A stretch of 64,000 nucleotides of DNA from Candidatus Omnitrophota bacterium (GCA_016867115.1 VGKG01000001.1:173403-237402); one strand, 5' to 3'. Positions 9,049-19,370 are shown, counted from the stretch's first letter. Numbers and translations: made by a program. Notes: generated from the sequence alone by a model not told the origin.

Positions 9049-11094
9049 TCAACCTATTTTAGCCTCTTTCAGGATCTCCTCAGCCGCCTGCAGCACATCC
9101 TGCACAGTAATCGCCTTTAAGCAGGCGAACTCTTTCTGGCAATTGTGCGCCAAGCACTCGATGCAGCCGGCCTGGCGGTGCAGGAATCTGTCTTTCAGGC
9201 CCAGCGGCCCCCAGCGTAAGGGGCTCAAGCCCTTTTGCGCCCGGCCGAAGATGGAGACTACCGGTACACCTATTGCCGAGGCGATGTGCACCGGCCCCGA
9301 ATCATTGGAGATAAAAATAGCCGAGCGCCTTAAGAAACTCGCCAGCTGCGACACAGAGGTCCTTCCGGCAAGATTCACCGCCGGAAAGCGCAGGCTATGC
9401 ATCAGCTTTTCTGCCAGGGCCGTATCCTTAGGCCCGGCCATCACCAGGATCTTAAAGCCGTGTTTTTGCGCCAGGGCATTGGCCACCTCGGCAAAACGCT
9501 CATTCGGCCAGACCTTCGAAGGGCAGCTGGCAGCCGGGTGAATGGCAAGTAAAATATCGTCGCTGTTTATGCCCTCTTTTTTCAGGGTGCCTTCGGCGTA
9601 ATCTTCGGACTCTTTTCTTACCGGCATAAAGAGCGCCTTATCTTTGGGTTCGATACCGAGATAGCGCAGCAGGTCCAGGTTGTACTCTGACTCATGCTTC
9701 TCCCCTAACTGCTTGGTATGTTTTATCCTGTCCGTAAGCAGGAACCCGAGCTTGCGGTCATAACCCACCCTCCGGGGGATCCCGGCAAAAAAAGTCAGAA
9801 GGTGTACGCGATTGGCCGGATGCAGGACGACCGCCAGGTCAAAGGCCTTTTCCTTTAAAACGCGGCTAAGCTTTATTGCTTGGCGCATGCCTTTATGCAT
9901 CCCGTCTTTGTCGTAGACGATCACCTCGTCAAGATAGGGGTTGCCCTCGACGATCTCCCTGGCGCAGGGTGAGACCATCATGGCAATATAGGCGTGCGGA
10001 TACTCATCGCGCAGATTACTGATCACCGGAGTGGAGAGAAGCACGTCTCCGATGCGGTCAGTGCGGATAATAAGGATCCTCTTTACCGGCGGATCAGGCG
10101 CGTTCTCTATTCTTGCGCGGCGCTCGGTCAGGGCCTGCCTTACCCGGCCCAGGACCTCTTCCACCTTCACCTTTTCCAGGCACTCCAGGGTCTGGTAACG
10201 GCATTGCGCCTGCATGCAAGGCCGGCAGGCGATGTCTTTTTTGACCACAAAGCCTATCCTCGACCAGGGCCCGTATTTAGCCTCATCCGTCGGGCCGAAG
10301 ACCGCCACTACCGGCGCATCCAGGTAACTGGCCAGATGTAGGACTGCGCTGTCGTTGGTCACTACGCAGGCAGCCGAACTCAATAAGGCGGCAAGCTCGG
10401 CTATGCTTGTTTTCGCGCATAAGTCCAGCACCGGATTCTTGGCCTGCCGGCGGATCGCGCTACATACAGGCACGTCCTCTTTATCCCCGGCCAAGACTAC
10501 CTTTACCCCACATTCGGCGCCGAGCCGCTCGATCAATTGCGTGAACTTCTCCGCGCTCCAGCGCTTGGTTGAACTCCTTGCGCCCGGGGAGACCACGACC
10601 AGCTTATCCTTCGGGCTGATGCCGCCGGCCTTAAGGGCCTGGCTGATGCCTTCCTGGTCCTTTGGCCTGATAGAGATAGAGCGCTGCGGAAGGCCCCGGG
10701 TTCTTAATCCAAGGCACTGGATCTTAAAGAGATGCCGGTGCTTCATATGCCTTAATGCCTGCGGCGGCCTTAAAAAAGGGGGTGTCCGCACCTTTGCCGG
10801 TAAAAATGCGCCGAAGAAGCTGTTACGCAGGTCAACCACCAGGTCAAACCCTTCCCTTTTTAATTCGTTGAATAATCTTATTTTTTCGCCCAGCCCGGCA
10901 TGCTTGTCATAGACGATCAGCCTGCTGATAAAAGGATTATCTTCAAAAAGCTCCTTCGGCCGCGGCCCGGACATCACCGTGACCTGAGCCTGCGGAAAAT
11001 CCGCCCGCAGGGCATCCAGGACCGGCAGGGTAAGGATCACGTCTCCGATATTGCTTAAGGTGATAAAGAGGATCTTCTTTATTTGCGCAGGCAT
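9049..11094 (-). CDS. Tandem double GT9 heptosyltransferase (WaaF-like x2)
   Basis: Two IGDV starts and two NDSx(P/V)xH...FG motifs. Confidence 0.88.
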   Translation of the reverse strand: MPAQIKKILFITLSNIGDVILTLPVLDALRADFPQAQVTVMSGPRPKELFEDNPFISRLIVYDKHAGLGEKIRLFNELKREGFDLVVDLRNSFFGAFLPAKVRTPPFLRPPQALRHMKHRHLFKIQCLGLRTRGLPQRSISIRPKDQEGISQALKAGGISPKDKLVVVSPGARSSTKRWSAEKFTQLIERLGAECGVKVVLAGDKEDVPVCSAIRRQAKNPVLDLCAKTSIAELAALLSSAACVVTNDSAVLHLASYLDAPVVAVFGPTDEAKYGPWSRIGFVVKKDIACRPCMQAQCRYQTLECLEKVKVEEVLGRVRQALTERRARIENAPDPPVKRILIIRTDRIGDVLLSTPVISNLRDEYPHAYIAMMVSPCAREIVEGNPYLDEVIVYDKDGMHKGMRQAIKLSRVLKEKAFDLAVVLHPANRVHLLTFFAGIPRRVGYDRKLGFLLTDRIKHTKQLGEKHESEYNLDLLRYLGIEPKDKALFMPVRKESEDYAEGTLKKEGINSDDILLAIHPAASCPSKVWPNERFAEVANALAQKHGFKILVMAGPKDTALAEKLMHSLRFPAVNLAGRTSVSQLASFLRRSAIFISNDSGPVHIASAIGVPVVSIFGRAQKGLSPLRWGPLGLKDRFLHRQAGCIECLAHNCQKEFACLKAITVQDVLQAAEEILKEAKIG

Positions 11095-12101
11095 TTTACC
11101 TTTTCTATTACATCGCCGGGAGTGACCGCCTTCATGCAGCGGTTATCGTGGCAGTCCGCCACATAACAGGGGATCTTGCAGCCCACATCCTTCTGCAGTA
11201 TGACTACATTTTTCAAAGGGTAAGGCCCGGTGATCTCGGCAGAGGTCGGGCCGAAGATGGCGATAATATTCTTGGTGCCGGCGGCGTTGGCGATATGCAG
11301 CGGGCCGGTGTCTGCGGTGATAAAAAGGTCCAGCCTCTTACAGAGCGCCCCCAGCTGTTTCAGGTTAAGCGCGCCGCAGGCAATGATGGGTTTTTCCAGC
11401 ATCAGATGCCGGATGCTCTCCGCCAGCGACATGTCCTGGCTGCTGCCGGTGATGATGACCTTGGCGCCGAATTCCGCGATCAGCCTGTCCGCCACTTTTG
11501 CCCAATGCGGCTTTACCCAGCGTTTCGGCGGCCAGTTCCCCCCGGGATTAAGCGCGACTAAAAAGTCGGCCTCTTTGACTCCCTTCTCTTTAAGGAAACC
11601 GCCTATGAACTTCAGGTCTTCCCCGCCGACGAAGAACTCGGGATACCTGTCCTCCACCTTCACCCCCGCCTTCTCGATGACATTCAGGTAGTAATCGATG
11701 CGGTGCAGCGAGTGGATGTCCGGCGGCCTGATCTTTTTGGTCAGGAGAAACCCCCTTTTTTTGGTGCTGTAGCCGATACGCTCCGGAATATCGGCGAGGC
11801 GGCAGAGGAGCGCCCGGCTGAAAGAGCGGTGCAGGAGGAAGACGGTGTCAAACTGCCTGCTCCTTAAGAAACGGACGAACTTTAATTTTCCGAGGATCCC
11901 CCTGTGCCTGTCCTTTTCATCGAAGATGATCACCTCGTCCAGATGCGGATTGTCTTTCAGTATAGGATAACAGCGGCTGGGCACGATGCAGGCAAGGTAA
12001 CTGCCGGGATAATTCCTGCGGATATTCCTGATGACGGCGGTGGAAAAGACCACATCTCCCAGCCAGTTCACGTTAAAGATGAGTATGCGTTTGTCCTTCA
12101 T
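11079..12101 (-). CDS. waaF: LPS heptosyltransferase II family (GT9)
   Basis: NWLGDVV, DTGPLHIA, IFGPT. Confidence 0.82.
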   Translation of the reverse strand: MKDKRILIFNVNWLGDVVFSTAVIRNIRRNYPGSYLACIVPSRCYPILKDNPHLDEVIIFDEKDRHRGILGKLKFVRFLRSRQFDTVFLLHRSFSRALLCRLADIPERIGYSTKKRGFLLTKKIRPPDIHSLHRIDYYLNVIEKAGVKVEDRYPEFFVGGEDLKFIGGFLKEKGVKEADFLVALNPGGNWPPKRWVKPHWAKVADRLIAEFGAKVIITGSSQDMSLAESIRHLMLEKPIIACGALNLKQLGALCKRLDLFITADTGPLHIANAAGTKNIIAIFGPTSAEITGPYPLKNVVILQKDVGCKIPCYVADCHDNRCMKAVTPGDVIEKVKCLRK

Positions 12102-12102
12102 G

Positions 12103-12894
12103 TTATTTGCGCCGGCGCTCCTTCATGAAAGTATAGAAGCCGCTTGTCTCCACCCAGAAGACAAAAAGATTTTTTGCGCTCTCCGAGATCCTGATCCTCT
12201 TTAAGGCATAGATATCGTCATTGGGATATTCCCTGCCGGGGCTAGTCGCCACTGCCGCCCCGTATCCGGCATCGCGCACCAGTTGCCGGATATGCGCATC
12301 GAACCTGCCTTCAGGATAGGCAAAGAACTCTACCGGAACGCCCAATTTTTCTTCCAGTGCCTTTTTGGCTCCGAAGATCTGGCGCCTCAGCTCCTCCCCG
12401 GAGCTGATCTTGGTCAGAGGCTCCGGCCCCATGGCGTGGCTGCCGATAGTGACGAGTCCAGAGGACTGCATCTGTTTCAGATCCTGCCAGTCTAACCTGT
12501 CGGCCTGCGGCCGCCCCACCTCGTCGACGATGATAAATACGGTCGCCTTCAGGCCGTATTTTTTAAGTACGGGAAAGGCACGGGTGAAGTTATCCCTGTA
12601 ACCGTCGTCAAAGGTGATGGCTACGGTCTTATCCGGGATCCTGCTTTTAGCCGCGATCAGAGCGGAGAGCTCTTCCAGCGTCACGACATTATAGCGTCTC
12701 TCTTTCAGGAAACGCATCTGCCTTTCGAAAGTGCCGGGAGAGACTACCAGGCGGTTTTCTCTCACCCCTCCCGAATCGACCGAATGGTACATCAGGATCG
12801 GCACCACATAGGCGCGGCGTGCGAAATTAAAAAAGACCGGCGCCCCCGAGGCAGCCAGGACAAAGATCAAAATTAAGCCTTTGCGCCTAAACAT
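12103..12894 (-). CDS. Polysaccharide deacetylase (CE4)
   Basis: PILMYH, ITFDDGYRDN, IGSH, FAYPEG; N-terminal anchor. Confidence 0.9.
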   Translation of the reverse strand: MFRRKGLILIFVLAASGAPVFFNFARRAYVVPILMYHSVDSGGVRENRLVVSPGTFERQMRFLKERRYNVVTLEELSALIAAKSRIPDKTVAITFDDGYRDNFTRAFPVLKKYGLKATVFIIVDEVGRPQADRLDWQDLKQMQSSGLVTIGSHAMGPEPLTKISSGEELRRQIFGAKKALEEKLGVPVEFFAYPEGRFDAHIRQLVRDAGYGAAVATSPGREYPNDDIYALKRIRISESAKNLFVFWVETSGFYTFMKERRRK

Positions 12895-13976
12895 TCCAAA
12901 TAGACCTTTTGCGTCTCTTCAGCCATCTTAGCACAGGAGAAACTCTTCACGATGAACTCCCTGGCCTCCGCGGCCAGCATCAAGCGCCTTCTTTCATCCT
13001 CTAAAAGCGACACTATTGCCAGGCCCAGGCTTTCGGCATCCTGCGGCGGGACAAGCAGGCCGTTAAGGCCGTCACGGATCAGCGTCTTTATCCCGCCGAT
13101 ATCCGAACCGACGACCGCAAGCCCCGAAGCCATCGCCTCCATAAGCGACAGCCCCAGGCCCTCTTCCAGCGAAGGCATACAGAAGATATCCATCAGCTGC
13201 AGCATCGGCCGCGTATCGCTTACCGCAGGGAGAAAATAAACAGAGTCCTCTATCCCCAGCTCTCTGGCGCGGCTGATGAGCCCCTCCTTCATCCTGCCTT
13301 CTCCGACGATGACCAGCTGCGCGGAAGGGACGCTCCTGAGTACCTGCCCCATGGCCTCGACAAGAAAGATGTGCCCCTTTACATCGGAGAGCCGGCCGAT
13401 GATGCCTATCACCGGGCCGCTGCCCAGGCCGAGGTTGATCTTTGCCTGGCGTTTGTCAAATGCGTTGTTGGGCCTAAAACGGTCTGCGTCTATGCCGTTA
13501 TGGATGACCCTGATATCATCCGCTTTAACCCTAAAGTCCCTGATGAGGTGCTCCTTCACCTGTTCGCTGATGGCGATCACCTTCTTGCCCCAGCAGGGAA
13601 AGAGCCGGCGATGGAGCCTGCGCTTAAAGAATCCGTGGCAGGTGTGGACATGGGTAACGCCGGCGTATCTCTTCAACAGGCAGCCCAGGACCTGCGTGGT
13701 GCGGCTGTTCGAATGCACGATATCGATCTTATTGTCCCTTACCGTACGCAATAGTTTAACCGCGCTGAAGATGACTTTGGGGCTGAGCTCTTTTTTGGTC
13801 CGGATGGGTATGGGGACGAAATCGATCCCCGCCTCGATAAACTTGAATAAGAGCTCTCCTCCCGAAGAGGCGATATAGACGCGGTTCCCTCTTTCCTTGA
13901 GCGCCTCACCGAGAGTCAGGCAGTAGCTGGTCACGCCCCCGATATTCAGGTGGTTGGTAAGGAACAAAATCTTCAT
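12873..13976 (-). CDS. Glycosyltransferase family 4
   Basis: IHNGID, GRLSDVKG, PSLEEGLGLSLMEAMA. Confidence 0.92.
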   Translation of the reverse strand: MKILFLTNHLNIGGVTSYCLTLGEALKERGNRVYIASSGGELLFKFIEAGIDFVPIPIRTKKELSPKVIFSAVKLLRTVRDNKIDIVHSNSRTTQVLGCLLKRYAGVTHVHTCHGFFKRRLHRRLFPCWGKKVIAISEQVKEHLIRDFRVKADDIRVIHNGIDADRFRPNNAFDKRQAKINLGLGSGPVIGIIGRLSDVKGHIFLVEAMGQVLRSVPSAQLVIVGEGRMKEGLISRARELGIEDSVYFLPAVSDTRPMLQLMDIFCMPSLEEGLGLSLMEAMASGLAVVGSDIGGIKTLIRDGLNGLLVPPQDAESLGLAIVSLLEDERRRLMLAAEAREFIVKSFSCAKMAEETQKVYLECLGAKA

Positions 13977-13978
13977 CT

Positions 13979-16075
13979 TTATAAAGCCAGGAGCTCTTCT
14001 ACTGCCCTAAGCACTTCATCCGCAGTGATCTGGCCCATACACTTTGCGTCGCGGCACCTGGGCTTATAACAGGGGCTGCAGATCAGGTCCTTTTTTATCA
14101 CCGTAAAATCCTTGACCGGAGGCAGGTGCCGACGGGGGTCAGTCGGGCCGAAGAGAGCGACAAAAGGAGTATCCATTGCCGCAGCCACATGCAGCGGCGA
14201 AGAGTCCGCCGAGACATAGACATTGCACCTTCTGATCAGGCAGGCCAGCTGATTAATCGTGGTCTTTGCGCAGGCGTTGATCAATTTTATGTCCTTTAAC
14301 TGCCTGGTAAGGTATTCGGCGCTTGTAACATCCTTTTGGGTCCCGGTAAGCACGATCCGTATGCCGCGGCGGCCCAGCTCTTCGCAGAGCCGGATGAGGT
14401 TTTCCCTCGGCCAGCATTTTGTCATCCACCTCGGGCTTGCGCTGATGTTTATCCCGACGATCTTCTGATTGCTGGCCAGCCACTCGCCGCTGAGCATTTC
14501 GTCGCTAAAACGGCACTCCTCCTCTGTCGGCCAGAGCTCAAGATGCGGGTTAGCCAATCCGATGCCCAGCATCTTCAGTATCCTGAACTGATGTTCGACC
14601 GGATCCATCAGGGGTTTTTCATCCGGGATGCGGTGATTGAGCAGAAATCCGAACTTTTTATTGTCGTAACCGTAGCGGCTCGGGGCGTATGCCAAAAAAG
14701 AAAGGATGTGGCTCTTACGGTTATTCTGCAGGTCGATGACTATGTCAAAATTCTTCTTCCTTAATGCCGTCCCGATCTTAAACAGGGCCTTTAAGCCCCT
14801 GTCCCTCTCCTTCAGGTCAGCCACCATCAGCTCGTCGATATAAGGGCACCTGAGGAGGACCTCCTTGGATTCTTCTCCCACCAGGAAAGTGATCTTGTAA
14901 CCGGATTTGTACTTTTCCCTCAACGCCCTGATCGCCGCCGTAGAAAGGATGATGTCTCCGAGGGAGCTGAGCTTTATCACCAGGAGCCTGAAACTTTCTG
15001 TCGCTTCTTTATAGACCTCCAGGGTGTTCTTTACCAGATGTTCTGCGGTATATTTTTCTTTTACTTTAATAAGGGCCTCCCGGGCTATTGTAGAGGCAAA
15101 ACCAGGATCATTGAATATCTTAAGTGCGGCCTCGGCTATCGAAGCAGGATCAGCCGCAGGCACAAGGAGGCCGGTCTTTCCGTCTTCGATAATATCGATC
15201 ACTCCTCCTACTGCCGTGCCTACCACCGGTACGCCGCTGGCCTGCGCTTCCACCACCGACCTGGGGAAGGCATCATGCGTAGTAGAAGCCAGCACCACCA
15301 GATCCAGGTGCCTCAATATCCCGGGGATATCCCGTTGGGTCCCCAAAAACTGCGTGCAGTGCGCAAGGCCAAGCCTCCTCACCAGGACCTGGAGCTCCTC
15401 TTTATAAGCCTCTTTAGAGGCCGGGACATCTCCGACGATCCAGACCTTCAGCTCCGGGATACTCCTGGCTACTTTAGCCATGGCCTTGATAAAATGGATA
15501 TGGCCTTTAAGGGGGGTGATCCTACCGACGATCCCCACATTGAACTCCCTCATCTTTCTCTTTTCCCCGGGGTCGCAATATTTAAACTTCTCGACATCGA
15601 CGCTGCGGGGCACAAGCTTTATGCGCTCTAAGGGCACTCCGAAGTCATCGATCATGTGCCTGGCGATCACGCGACTGGGGCAGATCACCAGCTTTCCCCA
15701 GCCCATCGGCAGGCTGAAAGGGTGCTTGCGGTAATAACCGTGGCAGGTAGTGACAAAGGGGGTGAGGGTCTTACGGCAAGCAAGATAGGCGATCCAGGCC
15801 GGCACGCGCGAACGCGCATGTACTATATCGATCTCTTCTTTCCTGATCACCTCAACTAATTTCGGCACCATCTTTAAGATGGCAAAGAGCGACTTTTTCT
15901 GCACCGGCAGCTGATAATGGATGACCCCTGCGCCCTCAAGCTCCTTAACCATATGCCCGCCGGCTGAGACTACCACTGCCTTATGCCCGAGCTTGACCAG
16001 GCGCCTGGCCAAGTCCACCGTGCCGGTCTCGACACCGCCGACATTCAATTCAGGTAAGATTTGCAGGATGTTCAT
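13979..16075 (-). CDS. GT4::GT9 heptosyltransferase fusion
   Basis: N-half GGVETG/HARSRVPAW/EAQASG; C-half KLSSLGDI/DSSPLHVA/FGPT. Confidence 0.88.
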   Translation of the reverse strand: MNILQILPELNVGGVETGTVDLARRLVKLGHKAVVVSAGGHMVKELEGAGVIHYQLPVQKKSLFAILKMVPKLVEVIRKEEIDIVHARSRVPAWIAYLACRKTLTPFVTTCHGYYRKHPFSLPMGWGKLVICPSRVIARHMIDDFGVPLERIKLVPRSVDVEKFKYCDPGEKRKMREFNVGIVGRITPLKGHIHFIKAMAKVARSIPELKVWIVGDVPASKEAYKEELQVLVRRLGLAHCTQFLGTQRDIPGILRHLDLVVLASTTHDAFPRSVVEAQASGVPVVGTAVGGVIDIIEDGKTGLLVPAADPASIAEAALKIFNDPGFASTIAREALIKVKEKYTAEHLVKNTLEVYKEATESFRLLVIKLSSLGDIILSTAAIRALREKYKSGYKITFLVGEESKEVLLRCPYIDELMVADLKERDRGLKALFKIGTALRKKNFDIVIDLQNNRKSHILSFLAYAPSRYGYDNKKFGFLLNHRIPDEKPLMDPVEHQFRILKMLGIGLANPHLELWPTEEECRFSDEMLSGEWLASNQKIVGINISASPRWMTKCWPRENLIRLCEELGRRGIRIVLTGTQKDVTSAEYLTRQLKDIKLINACAKTTINQLACLIRRCNVYVSADSSPLHVAAAMDTPFVALFGPTDPRRHLPPVKDFTVIKKDLICSPCYKPRCRDAKCMGQITADEVLRAVEELLAL

Positions 16076-16077
16076 CT

Positions 16078-18030
16078 TTAGAAGATCCTCTTTACCGCTT
16101 CCTTGACCAATAAGCCGTCATCCGGGCTCTTCGCTTCCGGCCTGCTCTGCCAGATCCCCTCGATCTTGCCTCCTAAAGCGCTGCCCTCCGTCAAATAGAT
16201 GTAGTGGTTAGCTGCAAAATGGCCGAGGAAGCGGGTATGTTTTAAGCTTAACCCCTCTGCCCTGAAGACCAGGACATATTTACCGCTTGCCGCTGCCTCC
16301 GAGACCATGGAGATGCTCTCCGGCGAACAGACAACGAATGAGCTCAGGCCGATTATCCCGCCTGCCGCCCCGGGGATGTTCTTTTCGTTGGCGATCACCA
16401 GCAATCCGGTGCGAGGGTAACCTTTAAACTCCATCTTTACCAGAGCCTCTATTTCCGGCGAAGTGCGCCGGGAGGTAGTGACCAGGATGTCGGAACTGAT
16501 CCTTTCCGCGGCTGATTTTACCTGTCGGATGACTGCGGCCACTGTTTCTTTTTTCAGGATGAAACCCTTCGTATCTCCGCCGATCAACAGGCCGATGCTT
16601 ACGGCTTTCGGTTCATATCTCGCTGCCGATCTTAATTTTTGCGATTCTTCTTTCAGGTATTCCCCGTCCACCGGGTTTAGCGCGCCTTCGGTGACTATGA
16701 CATTCTTCCTCCGGGGCGGACGGTCGTGGCGCGGCATGATCACCAGGTCAAACCTCCTTGTGCTTAAGACCGAGGGCCGCATCAGAGCCACGGACCTTGC
16801 CTGAGATTGGGCGCTGAGCACGAAATTTACCGGCGCAAGAGCTGCGCCGCAGGAGATGACCAGGTCCGGATTCTTCGCAGCCAGGTTCTCGTAGCTTTCT
16901 TTTTCCAGAAAAGCCTTCAGGCACCAGAGGCAACCCTGACAGGCATACCTTCCGGCCAGGCAGCTGCTTAAAGCCATCGCAGACTTGGCAAAGCCGTTCT
17001 TAAAATCGACCTTCGCCGTTTCTATTTCGCAGCGTATGCCCATATCCCGCAGAGCGCTTTGAGAGAGCTTAGCGCAGCCTTCCGCCTGCCTCAGGTGCCC
17101 GGCCTTGCCGTCGCTGAGGATCAGGATGCGCTTATTCGCGGAATATTTCCAGACCTTATAAGTCCAGAGGTAATCCGCCGGGAATCTCCTGATATTCTTT
17201 TCAAAGACCGGCATGAGCCGCTTGAGATTCTGCCGGACATCCTCCTCCTGGTCAGCGCTCCTTTGCACTTCAAAGGGCTCTTCGATGATGGTCTTGATGT
17301 ACGGGCCCCGGATACGGGTATAATAAGCCGGCAGGATCACGGAATCGTATTTCAAGGCAAGCCTTATTGCGCCGGTAGCCATGGATGCCGGCCTGCCGAA
17401 GAAATCCACCAGTGTGCCGGTCTTTCCGCCCTGGTCAACGGTCATGCCCACCGCCTCGTTTTTCTTAAGCGCGGCAATGAGTTCGCGCGTCTGGTTCTGC
17501 CTCTGGATGAGGTTGCATCCCTTGAGGCTGCGGTAAGAGTTCAGCAGCCGTTCCAGCCGAGGGAACTTTTTCTGGTCGCGCACCAGCAGGTTAAAAGGAA
17601 AACCGAGGTTTGCGCAGATGACATTGGAGAGCTCCCAGCTGCCGGCATGCGCGCCGAGAAAAATCACCCCTCTTTTCTTCTTAAAGGCCTCTTCGATATA
17701 ATGGCGGCCCTCGACCGTAATGTACTTTTCAAAGTACTTTTTATCCACAAAGGGGATAAAAAATATTTCGATCAGGCTCTGCCCGAGATTCCGGTAGAAC
17801 TTGCGGATGAGCCTGCAAGCCTCCTGAGCCGACAGCCCCGTGCCGAAGGCGGTACGGATATTGGCATAAGCGACTGCCCTGTGCCTGGCATCGAGATAAT
17901 ACATCGCATCTCCGAGGCGCCGGCCCAGGAACAGGCTGAACTCAGGCGGAAAGAGGCGCACGCAAGACGCGACGGCCTTAAAGAGAATATACGCCAAGTA
18001 ATCGCTCATCGAACTTTTCTTCTTCCTCAA
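16078..18030 (-). CDS. Lipid A acyltransferase (LpxL/HtrB-like) fused to an ELM1-family domain
   Basis: HAGSWE, DQGG, FFGRPA, YLWTYKVWK, then LSDGKAGHLRQ, PRHD, LIGG, TTSRRT, ESISMVSEA. Confidence 0.85.
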   Translation of the reverse strand: MRKKKSSMSDYLAYILFKAVASCVRLFPPEFSLFLGRRLGDAMYYLDARHRAVAYANIRTAFGTGLSAQEACRLIRKFYRNLGQSLIEIFFIPFVDKKYFEKYITVEGRHYIEEAFKKKRGVIFLGAHAGSWELSNVICANLGFPFNLLVRDQKKFPRLERLLNSYRSLKGCNLIQRQNQTRELIAALKKNEAVGMTVDQGGKTGTLVDFFGRPASMATGAIRLALKYDSVILPAYYTRIRGPYIKTIIEEPFEVQRSADQEEDVRQNLKRLMPVFEKNIRRFPADYLWTYKVWKYSANKRILILSDGKAGHLRQAEGCAKLSQSALRDMGIRCEIETAKVDFKNGFAKSAMALSSCLAGRYACQGCLWCLKAFLEKESYENLAAKNPDLVISCGAALAPVNFVLSAQSQARSVALMRPSVLSTRRFDLVIMPRHDRPPRRKNVIVTEGALNPVDGEYLKEESQKLRSAARYEPKAVSIGLLIGGDTKGFILKKETVAAVIRQVKSAAERISSDILVTTSRRTSPEIEALVKMEFKGYPRTGLLVIANEKNIPGAAGGIIGLSSFVVCSPESISMVSEAAASGKYVLVFRAEGLSLKHTRFLGHFAANHYIYLTEGSALGGKIEGIWQSRPEAKSPDDGLLVKEAVKRIF

Positions 18031-19084
18031 GCTTTAATCCTATGCGCAAGACCAGGATCTGCATATCTTTCGCCGCATCCTTAAGGTCCGCAATCCTGGC
18101 TGCGTCCTTCTCCGTAGTGACGACTGTCTTTATATTCTTCTTTCGGCTATCCTCAAAGACCTTCTTAAGATCCTCCTGGCTGTAGCAATGATGATCGGGG
18201 AACCTGAAAGACAATCCGGCTGAAACGCCTGCCTTTTTAATCAGTTCTTCGAATGAGCAGGGATCCCCTATCCCCGAGAAGAGAGTCACGGTCTTATCCC
18301 TGAGGGAATCCGGCCCCTGTAATGCGCCGGGGTCCCCAAGCGGATAAAATCCCAAAGGCTGATGCGCGGATTCAAAAATTTGCGCCCCGGGCACAAGCTT
18401 CCGTAAAAATCCTTTCAGCGCTTCGGCTCCTTCCGGAGCAAGATCTACCTTGGTCAGGACAAAGATATCTGCGCGTTTCAGCGAAGAAAGCGGCTCGCGC
18501 AGGATCCCCCGCGGCAGCATATGCCGGTTGCCAAAGGGATTTGCGGCATCAATAATGACTATCTCCAGGTCCTTCTTTATCCGCCATTGCTGAAACCCGT
18601 CGTCAAGGATCACCGTATCGCAGGTAAAATCATCGAGTGCTCTTTTAGCTGCGCGGGACCTGTCGCTATCCACGATCACCGGGATATCTTTTAATTTCTG
18701 CTGCAGCATATATGGTTCATCTCCCATCTCTTCACTGGTGACCTTGTGACCTGGTCCCCCCGGGGGAGGCTTCGCTTCGCTTCGCGCTGACCTGATGACT
18801 TTTCTTTTATAGCCGCGGGTCAATATCGCTACGCGTTTGCCTTGGCTCTTAAGATAGCGGGCGATGTATTCTACCAGAACCGTCTTTCCCGTGCCTCCTA
18901 GGGTGATATTTCCCGCGCTGATCACCTTACAGGGGAGGCGCCCGGCAAAGAGACGGTTCAGAAAGATCAATACCCTGACCATCAGGCCATAAACCAGAGA
19001 GAGCAGGAAGAGAAAAAATCTGGCAATACCCGCCGGCACGCCACAGGGCCTGTCAGTAGCTAACCTATAAAGATAATCCTTCAT
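17978..19084 (-). CDS. lpxK: Tetraacyldisaccharide 4'-kinase
   Basis: GNITLGGTGKT, TRGY, GDEP, LDDGFQ, PRGILRE, FPDHH, TTEKD. Confidence 0.95.
   Translation of the reverse strand: MKDYLYRLATDRPCGVPAGIARFFLFLLSLVYGLMVRVLIFLNRLFAGRLPCKVISAGNITLGGTGKTVLVEYIARYLKSQGKRVAILTRGYKRKVIRSARSEAKPPPGGPGHKVTSEEMGDEPYMLQQKLKDIPVIVDSDRSRAAKRALDDFTCDTVILDDGFQQWRIKKDLEIVIIDAANPFGNRHMLPRGILREPLSSLKRADIFVLTKVDLAPEGAEALKGFLRKLVPGAQIFESAHQPLGFYPLGDPGALQGPDSLRDKTVTLFSGIGDPCSFEELIKKAGVSAGLSFRFPDHHCYSQEDLKKVFEDSRKKNIKTVVTTEKDAARIADLKDAAKDMQILVLRIGLKLEEEEKFDERLLGVYSL
18735..18799 (-). repeat. In-frame GTCAxxAG 8-mer array in lpxK with a nested 33-nt palindromic insert
   Basis: Coding strand GTCATCAG GTCA[GCGCGAAGCGAAGCGAAGCCTCCCCCGGGGGGA]CCAG GTCACAAG GTCACCAG. 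Confidence 0.75.
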
Positions 19085-19097
19085 GCTTTTAGAGGGA

Positions 19098-19370
19098 TTA
19101 AAGCAGATTAAAAAGCATCGAGATGCCGATGATGATAAAGAGGCCGGCGCCGAGGTAACGGATGAACAGGGGGCTGATGAATCTGGCCAGCAGCGCGCCG
19201 ATAAGGACCGAAATAATAGTCACCAGCATATAGGCCAGCACCGAACCCAGCCACACCGTAAGCGGCTTTCCTGACTTTGCCGCCATGCCGATGCCGACTA
19301 ACTGCGTCTTATCCGCTAATTCCGCCATGAAAACCGCGCTAAAAGTAGCAAAAAGTACCTTGCCGTCCAT
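19098..19370 (-). CDS. TMEM165/GDT1 (UPF0016) family half-size cation transporter
   Basis: FMAELADKTQL motif, 3 TM segments; GGAGG RBS before ATG at 19370. Confidence 0.88.
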   Translation of the reverse strand: MDGKVLFATFSAVFMAELADKTQLVGIGMAAKSGKPLTVWLGSVLAYMLVTIISVLIGALLARFISPLFIRYLGAGLFIIIGISMLFNLL

